A DNA stretch of 64,000 bases from Eledone cirrhosa (GCA_964016885.1 OZ024746.1:30690001-30754000), one strand, 5' to 3'. Shown: positions 13,331-26,939, numbered from the stretch's first letter. The notes: generated by a model from the letters alone, not told the origin. Made by a program: numbers and translations.

Positions 13331-14877
13331 ACTCTCATGAGCAAAATACTACAATAGGTATATAGACATATACATATCTATATTTATATATTCAAGCAAA
13401 ATATATCAAAAATATTTAAATTTATATATTAAACATAAAAACTAAAGTGAAAATTTATTAAATATTACAAATATAATTTTTAACCCTTTCATATATTTTT
13501 TTAACCCCAGCATGGCCAGATTCTAATAACTGAAACCAATAATAGAATGAATAGAATATGATTAAAATATAAGGAATGTAGTATGTTTTGTAAGTTAAAC
13601 TTAAGGTTTACCTACAATTCATCATCATCATTACTGCTTAATATCCACTTTCCATGCTTGCATGGGTTAGACAACTGTTACAGACTTAGGTCTGACCAAT
13701 CAGGTGACTAGATTCTGTTCCTATGCTTTGTTTTGGCTTGGTTTCTGTGATAAGATCTCCTTCCTAACACCAACCTTTTTACAACTTGTACTGGGAGCAT
13801 TTTATCCGGACTCTAGCACTACCACCTTACAGGGTGGACTGGGTGCTTTTCTATCTGTAAAATTACATTTACTAACAATATCAAAATTTACCATTTAAAT
13901 AACTTTTAAGTAAATAATCATCTTTGACTCAGTTTACCTAAGATTATATAGAAATTTGTATGAATAGAAAAATGTTTATTAAGAATGTCAAAATTTACCA
14001 TTTAATAAATCGTGCTTTTAATTTTTTTGTGACTATATAATAATAATAATAATGAAATGATTGTGTAAAGTGCTCAGGTGCACTACAACTCGTTAATATA
14101 GTACATAGAATAATACACAAATGTCAGGGAAGTACATGTGTGTATGTGTTAGCTGTTCTGTTGGCGGATCTCGGGAAGCATGGAGGCCTTAAAGGATGCA
14201 GTGTCTCGACAGCTAACAACTGATGCAGGAATCTAATAAAATACACACTGTTTCAATTAACTAAAGTAAATTTCCAAAATTTTTACTAAATTGTTTTGTG
14301 ATTATATACCTTATAAAATATACTGTTTCAATTAATTAAAAAAGATTTTCAAGGGTTTTACTAAAATCATTAATTATTTCATTAACATGATATTTGTACC
14401 ATAAGATAACAAAAGGTTCTTATATGAAATTATGCTGGAAATTTTTAATGTAAATAAGAACCCTTTAAAATAGGTAGCTTTGTTGGAGACGGCTGCTTCT
14501 GACAGGACCCACTGGAAGAAGTGCTTGAGGACTCTGCCCCCATGACCCACTCAGGAATAAGTGGACGAAGAAGAAGACGCTTTGTTTCATAGAACCAGAG
14601 CCAGTTTTGGCTGGGTTGATATCAAAAGGTTTAAGTGTATAAGTGGTTTTTTTTTACCAGGTTTTGTAGATTATTTGAAGATTACCTAAGACACCTGAGA
14701 TTATATAACAATTTGAGTGAATAAAATAAGGTTAATCAGACTTAGGCAAAGGTAGTGAGATTGGATCTCAAATCATTGAACATGGCAGAGGAGATAACAA
14801 AGAAACATAACGGAGGGAAGGTGACAGTACTGGAGAGGACCTGGCCAACCCAGGCAAGCATGGGAAAGTACATGTAA

Positions 14878-15245
14878 AATGATGATGAAGATGATGATGG
14901 TGACAACAATAACGATAGTGGTGGTAGTGGTGATGATAATGATGATGGTGGTTGTGGTGGTGATAATGATGAAAATAATAATGATGATGATGATGATGAT
15001 GAGAATGATGGTGGTGATGATGGTAATAACAATAATGATGGTAGTGGTAGTGGTGATGATGATGATGATAATGATGATGGTGGTGGTGGTGGTGGTGGTG
15101 GTGATAATGATGAAAATAATAATGATGATGATGATGATGATGACAATGATGGTGGTGATGATGGTAACAACAATAATGATGGTAGTGGTAGTGGTGATGA
15201 TGATGATGATGATGATGATAATGCTGATGGTGGTGGTTATGATAA
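14878..15245. repeat. (GAT/GGT)n low-complexity tract
   Basis: Direct inspection. Confidence 0.9.
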
Positions 15246-16038
15246 ATTAACCAATTAACAAATTTTACTTTTTCATAACTTGAATTTTGCTAAGTTTTGT
15301 ACATTAACCTCAAGTATTAACTAACATTATGTAAAAATCTGTATTGGGCGGTGGGTTGGCAGTATCGGTAGAGGGGCGGACGCCGTGCGTTGCAGCAAAG
15401 AGTTACGGCCCTTTATGGTCTGAGTTCAAATCCCGCCGAGGTTAACTTTGCCTTTCATCCTTACGGGGTCGATAAAATAAAGTACCAGTAATGCACTGGG
15501 TGATTGCTGGCCTTGTGCCAATAGTAGAAACAATTATGTAAAAATCTGTATGAATAAAATAATGTTTATTAAGAATATCAAAATTTACTAATTAACAGTT
15601 GTGATTTTAACTCCTTTCTGATTATATAACTAATGGCATACACTATGTTACAATTATTTAATGAAGAATTTCAAGAGATTTACTAAAATGATTAATTATT
15701 TGGTATCATTCTGAGTTGAAATCCCACCAAGGTTAAGCAGTACTGTGTGGACATGTTATGATTGTGTCCCTAGCCCTACAGTATCCTAAATCAGAAACCA
15801 TTATTAAAATGGAATCTCTAAAATAACATAACAAAAGATATTTAACAATATCAACCTTTACTATTAAACAAATTGTACTGTTAAGGTCGATAAAAAAAGT
15901 ATCAGTCTAGAACTGAGGTTGATTCTTCTTCTATATCTCTTTCTCACTTCTTTTTTTTTTTCTCTCACTCTCTATCCTTTTCTGGAAGAAATTTGCATTA
16001 TTCTAACCTGAAGAGGAGGTGGGCTTCACCAGGTTTAA

Positions 16039-16259
16039 CCCTTCAGCATTTACATTACTCTATATTTACTATTGTATTGTCACGGTAAATACTTTATCTT
16101 ACATAATTATTTCCAATAATATCAAATCTATGAGATTTTGATATTATTTATTTAGAAAACAATCCCTTAACGTCAGTATGAGGGGCTGGGTATGGCCAGT
16201 TTGAACGGAAAGAGATGTGAGAATTTTGGCCAGATACGGCCGGTTTAAATGCTAAAAGG
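16039..16259. mobile_element. piggyBac-type MITE family A, complete copy
   Basis: TTAA|CCCTTCAGCATTTA ... TAAATGCTAAAAGG|TTAA: terminal inverted repeats with a TTAA target duplication. Confidence 0.75.
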
Positions 16260-16810
16260 TTAATAAAAGGGCCCTAGAAATGCTGTATGTCAATATAGAG
16301 CCCCTATGACTCCCTCAGGAATTACAGGTCCATAGCATACATGTATATTCTTGAGTATAAGGTTGACTTTTACTGGTTAAAGCTAAGTATTAGATAATAA
16401 TGTGTGAGAATCAGAGTGAATAGTGGTGTAATTATTAATGTAGATGTATAAATACTTACATGTTTAGTTGTATGAGTTAAACTTCATCCCTTCACAGTGG
16501 TTCTACTGAAGACTGGTCTGATGTTACTGACCAAGCGAGTTTCTCATTTAATCAACTCTCCTTCATTGAAGACAGAAAAACATGCTACAACGTGAAATAA
16601 CGCCTGTGTATTTGTGTGTATGTATGTGTGTGTGTGTGTGTATTTGTGTGTGTGTTTTGTGGAAACATGTGAGTGCACACAGACAGGCATACATACATAT
16701 GCATACATACACACACTCACACATTCACACGCAGACACTGACAGACAGACTGACATATATACACACATATATACATGTGTTACTATATATACATATATAT
16801 ACATATACGA

Positions 16811-16845
<35 letters not shown>

Positions 16846-16927
16846 AAGTCATATATATATATATGTGAATATATATATATACATATATATATACATACAT
16901 TCATACATACATACATACATACATACA

Positions 16928-16960
<33 letters not shown>

Positions 16961-17334
16961 TTATTGATGCATATGTATATGTGTTTATTCATTCATACAA
17001 GTACACGGGTGTAAATGTGTGTGTCTGTATTTATATATATATATATATATTCATACTAACATGCACATATACATAAGCATGTATACATATACAGACGTGC
17101 ATATTTAATAGACATATATCGGCATGTATATACATACTTACATATATATATATATATACATACATTATATCTTAAGTTGTGATGTAATTATTTGTATTCT
17201 ATTATACACACACTAATCACATACATAGCCTAGCATTTGTATATACATGCTTATAGATTCACTCTCTTTCCTTCACTCTCCTTTCTGTATATTTTATATT
17301 TGCATGTGTTTATATATATATATATATATATATA

Positions 17335-17842
17335 TCATCATCATCATCATTTTACGTCCGCTTTTCCCTGCTTGCAAGGGTGGGGCGGGAACTGATTCTG
17401 GCTTGATTTCTACAGCTGGATGCCCTTCCTAACACCAACCTCATTAACAGTGAGTGCTGGGTGCTTTTTTTCCGTGGCGCCTACACGTCCACTTTATAGT
17501 GGGATGATATGGACCCCAGTCCCTATCATCTCATTTCTACAGCTGAGTAAACTGGAGCAATGTGAAATAACGTGTCTTGCTCAAGGAAACAACAGATCAC
17601 CCGGTCTGAAAATTGAACTCACAACCTTTCGATTGCTAGCCCAATGTTCTAACCACTAAGCCATCTGCCTTCATTATATATATCATTCCACTGCAAAGTG
17701 GTTTTGGAGGTGCTACGGCAAAAAAAGCACCCAGCACTCACTGTAAATGAGGTTGGTGTTAGGAAGGGCATCCAGCTGTAGAAATCAAGCCAGAATCAGT
17801 TCCTGTCCCACCCTTGCAAGCAGGGAAAAAGCGGACGTAATG
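17335..17842. mobile_element. Inverted pair of SINE family 2 copies (full copy on minus 17335-17672; 3' part on plus 17684-17842)
   Basis: Similarity to 50008-50371. Confidence 0.8.
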
Positions 17843-18569
17843 TCCATTTTCTCTGCTAACAGGAATTGGAAAAGTCATCACAGACCAAGTCAGTATTTAA
17901 TTGCAGGTACAAGCCTCTCAGACAGTGTACTGGGTGTATTTTATTATTGCACCAGCACTAGGGAGGTTGTCATGTCTTTGACTCAACTGTGGAACCATCT
18001 TTACTCTATGGGAAGGTGTGGACATGGCTTGTCTCAAGTGCACCATCCTTTGGGATCAGAATAGGATAGAGGTAGGTAAGGAGGGGACAGGCATAATGTC
18101 ATAGGTAAAGGTGTGGGGGGGCATATATGGTGTTGTCTAGAGAGAAGTGTGTGGGGAAGGGAGGGGGGAGTGATTTGAGAGAGGAGAAGGGGTATGGGTG
18201 ATGTGAGAGAGAGGGAAGCTGATGTGTGAGAGATGAAGAGAGAGTGATGTGTGAGAAAGGAGAAGAGGAGGTGATGTGAGAGAAGAGAAGGGGAAGAGTG
18301 ATGTGAGAGAGAGGGGGAAGAGTGATGTGTGAGAAAAGAGGGTGGTGATGTGTGGGATAGAAGGAGGGATGATGCTAGAGAAGAGAAGAGGAAGGGGTGA
18401 TGTAAAAGCGAAGGAAGAGGTGGTGTGTAAGAGGAGGTGGGGGTGATCCCAAATAAGAGAGGTTGCTACAGAGAAACTGAGAACAATTACTAAAGCTAAG
18501 GGGGGTGGTAGGTGTGATGTCATGGGTGGATGACTGTAGGGGGGGGGGGGTAAGGAGGATGGTGGTAGG

Positions 18570-18745
18570 TGTGTTTTCATGGATGAGTGACTATAGGTGT
18601 AGGAGTGGGGTGTAAGGGTGTGTTGTCATGCGTGAGTGACTATAGGTGTAAGAGTGGGGTGTAAGGGTGTGTTGTCATGAGTGAGTGACTATAGGTGTAG
18701 GAGTGGGGTGTAAGGGTATGTTGTCATGGGTGAGTGACCATAGGT
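18570..18745. repeat. ~49-bp tandem repeat, about 3.5 copies
   Basis: GTGTTGTCATG.GTGAGTGACTATAGGTGTAGGAGTGGGGTGTAAGG repeated. Confidence 0.85.
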
Positions 18746-19288
18746 GAGAGTAGCAGAATAATTAAAGTGTCAGAGAAAATGCTTTACAGTATCTGTTCCA
18801 GCTCCTGTCTACAATCTGAGTTCAAATCCCACTGAGGTCAACTTTACCTTTCATCCTCCCAGGGTCAATAAATAAAGCAACAGCCATGTACTGGGATCAA
18901 TATAATCAACTTCCCTCATCTCCCGCTTCAATTGCTGATTTTCTGTCAAAATTAGCTTGTGCCAAATGTAGAAACAATTATTATTATTATTATAAATTGA
19001 GAGAGAGCGCTTGCCCTGGTGGTCAGGGTGGCCGTGGTCTTTTGTGTGGTTTTCGCCATGCGCAACCCTCGGAGGTTTCCCCCCTATTGGGGAATTTTTC
19101 ATTGTTTCAATTTTCATTTTTATTGTTTATATATATATATGTTTCTATGTCCTTTTTTTTCTTTTCTTATATAAATAATAAAAATATTTACACGCACAAA
19201 ACCCACATCGTACCGTCCTGTGCCGTCTGTAATGTTTTTCTTGATGTCAGCCCTTGTGGCCAATAAAGAAATCATTATTATTATTATT

Positions 19289-21240
19289 GTTCTTTGAGTC
19301 TCAGTCATTGATGTTAGTTAACTGGAAAGTTTGTTGAAATGAATATCAAGCCACTATCTGCAGCCTCAGATATTCAGGACGTATCGGAGGGTTCTTGCTG
19401 TTCCCAGCAAGCATGCCTTTTGAAGGGTTCCAAAAAGCGTGGCGGGGCCAATTTTCTTTAACCATCCCTGGAAACTTTTTGAGATAGTCCCTAGTGTGCC
19501 TATGACAATCGGGACCACTTTGACTTCATGGCAGTTCCAAATCTTTTTTACCTCCCACTTTAAGTCCTGGTATCGGTTAATTTTCTCCCTCTCCTTCTCT
19601 TGCACTCTCGTGTCGAATGGGCAGACCACATCCACAATCAGGCACGATCTTTTTTCCTTGTCCAAAACCACCAGGTCAGGTCTATTGTGTTTCAGTTTCT
19701 TGTCCGTCTGTATCCTAAAATCCCATAGCACCTTCACCTGATCGTTTTCTATCACCGACTCTGGCTTATGCTCATACCGCTTCTCAGAATGTGGTAAATT
19801 GTTTACTTTGCATAGGTGCCAGTGGATCACCCTGCCCATCACATCATGTCTCCAGCCCTTATAGTGAGTCTGGGCTAGGTGTTTACACTCGGATACAATG
19901 TGAGCCACAGTCTCCTCTCTCTCTCCACAGATCCTGCACAGTGGGCTAGCCTCCTCCTTGTAAATATGGTGTTTCAACCACTTCGTTTTGAGGGCCTGCT
20001 CTTGTGCAGCCATTAGCATTCCTTCTGTAGCCTTTTTAAGGTCTCCTCTTTTCAACCAGTTCCATGTCTGTGGATCTCTGAATTCAGTTTTCTCAAAGAA
20101 GGTACTATGAAGGGATTTTTCATGAAGGCTGCTCTTTCTCCTTGTTGTTATTTCCTCCTTGGACATCCCCTGGTCTATTGTCCTCTCCTTCCGTACAATT
20201 CTGAACATTCGCTCCTTACTTTCAGTCACGTATTCCACCTTCAGATCTCCTTAAGTAGAGTCTATAGACATCACTCCTCTTGTGGAACATGTTGTAGATA
20301 GTCAATAGCTTCCTAGTCTTCCTATCCATTTCTTTTTGTTCAGCAACATTCCATCTCAGATGGGAATTTACTGCACTTATGGCATTCCTACTGTTCAGGT
20401 GTGACTTTAATACGCTCCTTACTCTCCGAATGTATTCAGATCTTATCAATTCCTTCATTTTTTTGTTCTTGATATCATCAGCCTCCAGAACACCCAAATA
20501 CTTGTATCCTTCTTCAGTGTCAATTTCCTTTATCATCTCACCTGTTGATACCTGGATTCCGTTGCTTCTGCTCAATTTACCCCTCTTCATCACAAGGACT
20601 CCACACTTACTAATACCAAATTGCATACATATATCATTGCTGAAAATACGGACAGTGTCAACAAGCACATCCAACTCCTTCTCACTCTTGCCGAAGAGCT
20701 TAAGATCATCCATGGAGAGGAGGTGATTGATGGTAAGCCCTCCCTTTCCCAACCTGTATCCTGCTCTCACTTTTCGCAGTATAATGGTCAGGGGTATCAG
20801 GACAAGGACAAACAACAGAGGGGACAAACTATCTCCCTGGAAGATACCTCTCTTGATCTTCACGCCTCCCAAGGATTCTCCAGCTAATGTTAACTCTGTT
20901 TTCCAGGACTTCATACTTTTGCCCAACAACTGTCTGATGTTATCTGCCACCTTGAAGGTCTCTAGGCTTTTGGTGATCCAAGAATGAGGCACCATGTCAA
21001 ATGCCTTTTTGTAGTCTATCCATCCCATGGCAAGACCAGTGTGTCTCCTCTTGCAATTCCTCATTACCATCTTATCAATAAGTAACTGGTCTTTTGTACC
21101 ACGGGACTTCTTTCGGCATCCTTTCTGTTCGTCCGGTAACAAGTTGTTTGTGTGGAGGTGATGGTAGATTTCCTCATACATAATGCTTGTCAACAGTTTC
21201 CACATTACAGACAGACATGTGATAGGTCTATAGTTGGTAA
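19289..21240 (-). mobile_element. R4/Dong-like non-LTR retrotransposon (RT, CCHC knuckle, restriction-like endonuclease), 5'-truncated and frameshifted
   Basis: RT motifs [25 protein letters not shown] and HLLSMDDL (ORF 20222-21205); CRICGEREETVAHIVSEC, RHD and RPDLV...IVDV (ORF 19366-20238). Both ends abut (TAA)n. Confidence 0.88.
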
Positions 21241-21242
21241 TT

Positions 21243-21290
<48 letters not shown>

Positions 21291-21785
21291 CAGGGCGGTG
21301 GATTGGCAGTATCAGTAGAGGGTCGGATGCCATGCTTTGACGTATAGAGTTACGGCCCTTGCCATTCTGAGTTCAAATCCCGCCGAGGTTAACTTTGCCT
21401 TTCATCCTTACGGGGTCGATAAAATAAAGTACCAGTAATGCACTGGGTGATTGCTGGCCTTGTGCCAAACGTAGAAACAATTATTATTATTATTGTTGTT
21501 TTTGTTGTTGTTACTGCTGTTATGTCAGACACTTTCTCTCGAAGTTGTTGTTGTTGTTGTTGTTGTTGTGTCAGACACTTTCTCTTGAAGTTGTTGTTGT
21601 TGTTGTTGTTGTTGTTGCTGTTATGTCAGACACTTTCTCTTGAAGTTGTTGTTGTTGTTGTTTCATCAAACATTTTCTTTTGAAGTTGTTGTGTCTGGAT
21701 GAGTGATTGTTTATTGTCGCTATGGTAACTAACACCCTCGTCATTAACGGATGTCGGCATCAACTGAATACAAACCTGATACCCA

Positions 21786-21833
<48 letters not shown>

Positions 21834-22013
21834 ATATGTTTGTGTGTGTGTATGTATGTATGTATGTGTGTGTCTATGTGTGCTTGTATGTGTGTGTGTG
21901 TGTATATACATGTGTATATATGTTTATATGTCACTGAAACTGTGTGTATTAGGATCCCCATTGAAAGATCATTGGTACGAAGGGTTGTTCTGCTGTTGAT
22001 AGGATTAAGTGTA

Positions 22014-22077
<64 letters not shown>

Positions 22078-22764
22078 AAATGTCATTGTTGTTAGGAAGG
22101 GCATCTAGTTGTAAAAAGACCCACCCAAAATACAGGTCTGTTTGAGCAAGGGAGAGTGCGGCCAGCTGGCCTGACATGCCCCATAACATCAACAACCTAT
22201 CTAACCCATGCAAGCATGGAAAAACATACATTAAACAGTGATGATATGATGATGATGATATATATATATATATATTGGCAGTGGCACTACAACAGTGTTT
22301 AAGAATAACAGGGGTGTATATGACAATATGTAGTATATGTTTATATACAATAAACATAGGGGTAGCCACACTTTCAAAGAAAAGATATTTTTTCATAATG
22401 AAAAAATTATTTTTCTCTATTTTTTCCCTGAAAATGTCACAGAGTTATCAGCACAGTCAAGAATGACAGAATGTGCAGTTTCAAGATTTGTTAATCTTTC
22501 ACCAATGACATTCACTTGACCAGTACTGAGTCATTGGAGAGTCAGATTAAATGTCTCACTATTTGTCCCAGCTGTTTGTGTTCAAATCCCACTGAGGTCA
22601 ACTTCACCTTTCATCCTTTCAATGGTCAATAAACAACGTACCAATCTAGCAGGGTCATTATATTGGTGGAATTATTAAAGAATCAAATGGGAGGCTTTGT
22701 TGCATCTAATTCACTTCTGTGTGTTCTGAGTTCAAATACCATTTCCTCAATCTGCCAGGAGTTG

Positions 22765-25360
22765 TGACTGAGAGATAGTATCAGCAAAGGAAAGACTAAT
22801 TGGAACATTGTTTCCTTGGTCAGATCTGATGATCAGCTCCTTTCTTCTCCCAGAAGTTGTGACCAACAGATAGTATCAGCAATGTAATGACCAATGGAAA
22901 CATTGTTTCCTTGGCCTGATCTAACAATCAGCTCCTTTTTTTACCAGTTATGACTAAGAGATAGTATTAGAAATAGAAAGACCAATGGAAACATTATTTC
23001 CTTGGTCAGATCTGATGATCAGCTCTTTCTTCTCCCAGAAATTGTGACAAACATTTAATATCAGCAATAGAAAGACCAATGGAAACATTATTTCCTTGGT
23101 CAGATCTGATGATCAGCTCTTTCTTCTCCCAGAAATTGTGACAAACATTTAGTATCAGCAATAGAAAGACCAATGGAAACATTATTTCCTTGGTCAGATC
23201 TGATGATCAGCTCTTTCTTCTCCCAGAAATTGTGGCAAACATTTAGTATCAGCAATAGAAAGACCAATGGAAACATTATTTCCTTGGTCAGATCTGATGA
23301 TCAGCTCTTTCTTCTCCCAGAAATTGTGACAAACATTTAGTATCAGCAATAGAAAGACCAATGGAAACATTATTTCCTTGGTCAGATCTGATGATCAGCT
23401 CTTTCTTCTCCCAGAAATTGTGACAAACATTTAATATCAGCAATAGAAAGACCAATGGAAACATTATTTCCTTGGTCAGATCTGATGATCAGCTCTTTCT
23501 TCTCCCAGAAATTGTGACAAACATTTAGTATCAGCAATAGAAAGACCAATGGAAACATTATTTCCTTGGTTAGATCTGATGATCAGCTCTTTCTTCTCCC
23601 AGAAATTGTGACAAACATTTAGTATCAGCAATAGAAAGACCAATGGAAACATTATTTCCTTGGTCAGATCTGATGATCAGCTCTTTCTTCTCCCAGAAAT
23701 TGTGACAAACATTTAGTATCAGCAATAGAAAGACCAATGGAAACATTATTTCCTTGGTCAGATCTGATGATCAGCTCTTTCTTCACCCAGAAATTGTGAC
23801 AAACATTTAGTATCAGCAATAGAAAGACCAATGGAAACATTATTTCCTTGGTCAGATCTGATGATCAGCTCTTTCTTCTCCCAGAAATTGTGACAAACAT
23901 TTAATATCAGCAATAGAAAGACCAATGGAAACATTATTTCCTTGGTCAGATCTGATGATCGGCTCTTTCTTCACCCAGAAATTTGACAAACATTTAATAT
24001 CAACAATAGAAAGACCAATGGAAACATTATTTCCTTGGTCAGATCTGATGATCAGCTCTTTCTTCTCCCAGAAATTGTGACAAACATTTAGTATCAGCAA
24101 TAGAAAGACCAATGGAAACATTATTTCCTTGGTCAGATCTGATGATCAGCTCTTTCTTCTCCCAGAAATTGTGACAAACATTTAATATCAGCAATAGAAA
24201 GACCAATGGAAACATTATTTCCTTGGTCAGATCTGATGATCAGCTCTTTCTTCTCCCAGAAATTGTGACAAACATTTAGTATCAGCAATAGAAAGACCAA
24301 TGGAAACATTATTTCCTTGGTCAGATCTGATGATCAGCTCTTTCTTCACCCAGAAATTGTGACAAACATTTAGTATCAGCAATAGAAAGACCAATGGAAA
24401 CATTATTTCCTTGGTCAGATCTGATGATCAGCTCTTTCTTCTCCCAGAAATTGTGACAAACATTTAATATCAGCAATAGAAAGACCAATGGAAACATTAT
24501 TTCCTTGGTCAGATCTGATGATCGGCTCTTTCTTCACCCAGAAATTTGACAAACATTTAATATCAACAATAGAAAGACCAATGGAAACATTATTTCCTTG
24601 GTCAGATCTGATGATCAGCTCTTTCTTCACCCAGAAATTGTGACAAACATTTAGTATCAGCAATAGAAAGACCAATGGAAACATTATTTCCTTGGTCAGA
24701 TCTGATGATCAGCTCTTTCTTCTCCCAGAAATTGTGACAAACATTTAGTATCAGCAATAGAAAGACCAATGGAAACATTATTTCCTTGGTCAGATCTGAT
24801 GATCAGCTCTTTCTTCTCCCAGAAATTGTGACAAACATTTAGTATCAGCAATAGAAAGACCAATGGAAACATTATTTCCTTGGTCAGATCTGATGATCAG
24901 CTCTTTCTTCTCCCAGAAATTGTGACAAACATTTAGTATCAGCAATAGAAAGACCAATGGAAACATTATTTCCTTGGTCAGATCTGATGATCAGCTCTTT
25001 CTTCTCCCAGAAATTGTGACAAGCATTTAGTATCAGCAATAGAAAGACCAATGGAAACATTATTTCCTTGGTCAGATCTGATGATCAGCTCTTTCTTCAC
25101 CCAGAAATTGTGACAAACATTTAGTATCAGCAATAGAAAGACCAATGGAAACATTATTTCCTTGGTCAGATCTGATGATCAGCTCTTTCTTCTCCCAGAA
25201 ATTGTGACAAACATTTAGTATCAGCAATAGAAAGACCAATGGAAACATTATTTCCATAGCCCAATCTGATTATCAGTTCCTTTCTTTTGTCAGGAGCTGT
25301 GAATAACTGACAGTATCAGCAATAGAAAGACTAATGGAAACATCGTTTCCTTGGTCCAAT
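22765..25360. repeat. 94-bp satellite array, about 27 copies; homogeneous core with degenerate edges
   Basis: Unit ATCAGCAATAGAAAGACCAATGGAAACATTATTTCCTTGGTCAGATCTGATGATCAGCTCTTTCTTCTCCCAGAAATTGTGACAAACATTTAGT; period 94 (e.g. 23059 to 23153). Confidence 0.95.
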
Positions 25361-25769
25361 TGAACATTCAGCTACTATCATTTCTTTTCCTTTATCATAT
25401 ATATAGGTGTGTGTATGTGTGTGTATACTTATATTTGCATGCATGTATATATGTGCTGTCCAAAACAGGTACAAATATTATTTCTATGTTTAGTCAGCCA
25501 TAACAGGCTAACACTTTGGTGAAGTTTCTCTCTTTATCTGACAGGAAATGAATCAAATATGGCCACTATTGCCATCATCATCATCATCATTGTCATCATC
25601 ATCATTATCATCATCATTATCATCATCATCATCATCATCATCTTCATTGTCATCATCCTCGTCAACATCATCCACATCATCATCATCATCATTATTATCA
25701 TTATCTTCATTGTCATCATAGAGAATAAAGAAATGTTGTACCACTTCTACATGGCGGGAGGGGGGGGGG

Positions 25770-26070
25770 GGTCACACAGAATAGAGATGGCATTTCCCTG
25801 GAGGATTCTGAAGAAGGTGCACTAGATAGCCATTCCAGCTCGTGAGGCTCACACCTGTCGGTAGCCAACTCCATGCCGATGATGGTGAGAAGGGTGGTGA
25901 TCCTAGAGCCAAGGTCACCAGAAGTCTCCACTGATATGGGCTCGACCGCAAACTTTTTGGAGAACAACTAATATTTGGAGAGTTTACCCTCCTCGGCCCA
26001 AAGTGCAGCAGAGCCTATATTTGTCGCAGACTGCACCAGGTTGCCGCTGCAGAAAGTATCGCTGCATATC
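25770..26070 (-). mobile_element. CRE-like LINE restriction-like endonuclease C-terminal relic
   Basis: Translates to CSDTFCSGNLV...AALWAEEGKLSKY*...EPISVETSGDLGS...EPHELEWL and, after a frameshift, LQGNAISI; this is the AE..K..KY / P.A.ET.G / GNA pattern. Confidence 0.65.
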
Positions 26071-26423
26071 CTAATATATGATGTGAAAGTGGTGGACTTT
26101 TGACCTACAATGTCAACAGTTTAAATCCCACTACTACAGTCATTGTAGCATGTCTCTCTTTCTCTCTCACTCTCTGTCTCTGTCTCTCTCTCTGTCTTTT
26201 CCACTCTCTCTCTTCCTCTCTCTCTCTCTCTCTCTCTTCCTCTCTCTCTCTCTCTTCCTCTCTCTCTCATTCTTTCTCTCTATATTTCTCTGTCTCTCCC
26301 ACCTCTCGATCTCTCACTTTTTCTCTCTTTCTTTGTCTCTGCAGAATGTCTCTCTTTCTTTCTCTTTCACTCTATCTTTCTATGTCTCTACCACCTCTCT
26401 CTCTCTCTCTCCCTTTCTCCCAG

Positions 26424-26454
<31 letters not shown>

Positions 26455-26670
26455 AATCAAGGTACATAACTCTGCCTGTTCTACTTTGTACTGTTTATTA
26501 GAAACAGGTCTTGTTTCTGCCATTCCATGCTTGGGTGGTTATACTGCTACTTGTGTAATTACAACATATGTTGCTGTTTATATCTGTCATGCATGGATGC
26601 ATGTATATTTATATACAGATACACATACATATATATGCACATACACATGTGTATATATATATATCTATAT

Positions 26671-26890
26671 ATAGGAAAAGGTATGACCCCGACGGCAGAG
26701 CTCAAGCCGTTTCGACGGCTATTTGGCTATTTCTGGACTAAATTATAATTTAGTCCAGAAATAGCCGTCGAAACAGCTTGCGTTCTGCCGTCGGGGTCAT
26801 ACCTTTTCCTATTACCCACTCTATTACTCTAAGTATTGAGTACTCTGGTGCGTTATGGTCCATCTGGTTCCTTACCATAATTCCTTTGTT
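26671..26890. mobile_element. TA-anchored fold-back element, family B: palindrome 26671-26812 plus tail 26813-26890
   Basis: ATAGGAAAAGGTATGACCCCGACGGCAGA... versus ...TCTGCCGTCGGGGTCATACCTTTTCCTAT, centred on AATTATAATT. Confidence 0.7.
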
Positions 26891-26897
26891 ATATATA

Positions 26898-26939
<42 letters not shown>

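Noticed and set aside
15995-16300. Hammerhead split by a MITE (CTGAAGA ... GAAATGCTGTATGTC)
   Set aside because: After removing the MITE, stems I-III pair poorly; compatible with chance.
22765-25360. Tandem hammerhead (satellite ribozyme) in the 94-bp array, since each unit has CTGATGA and GAAA
   Set aside because: The sequence between CTGATGA and the next GAAA cannot form stem II, and the hairpin after the other GAAA is followed by A rather than the required U-H. No canonical core can be built.
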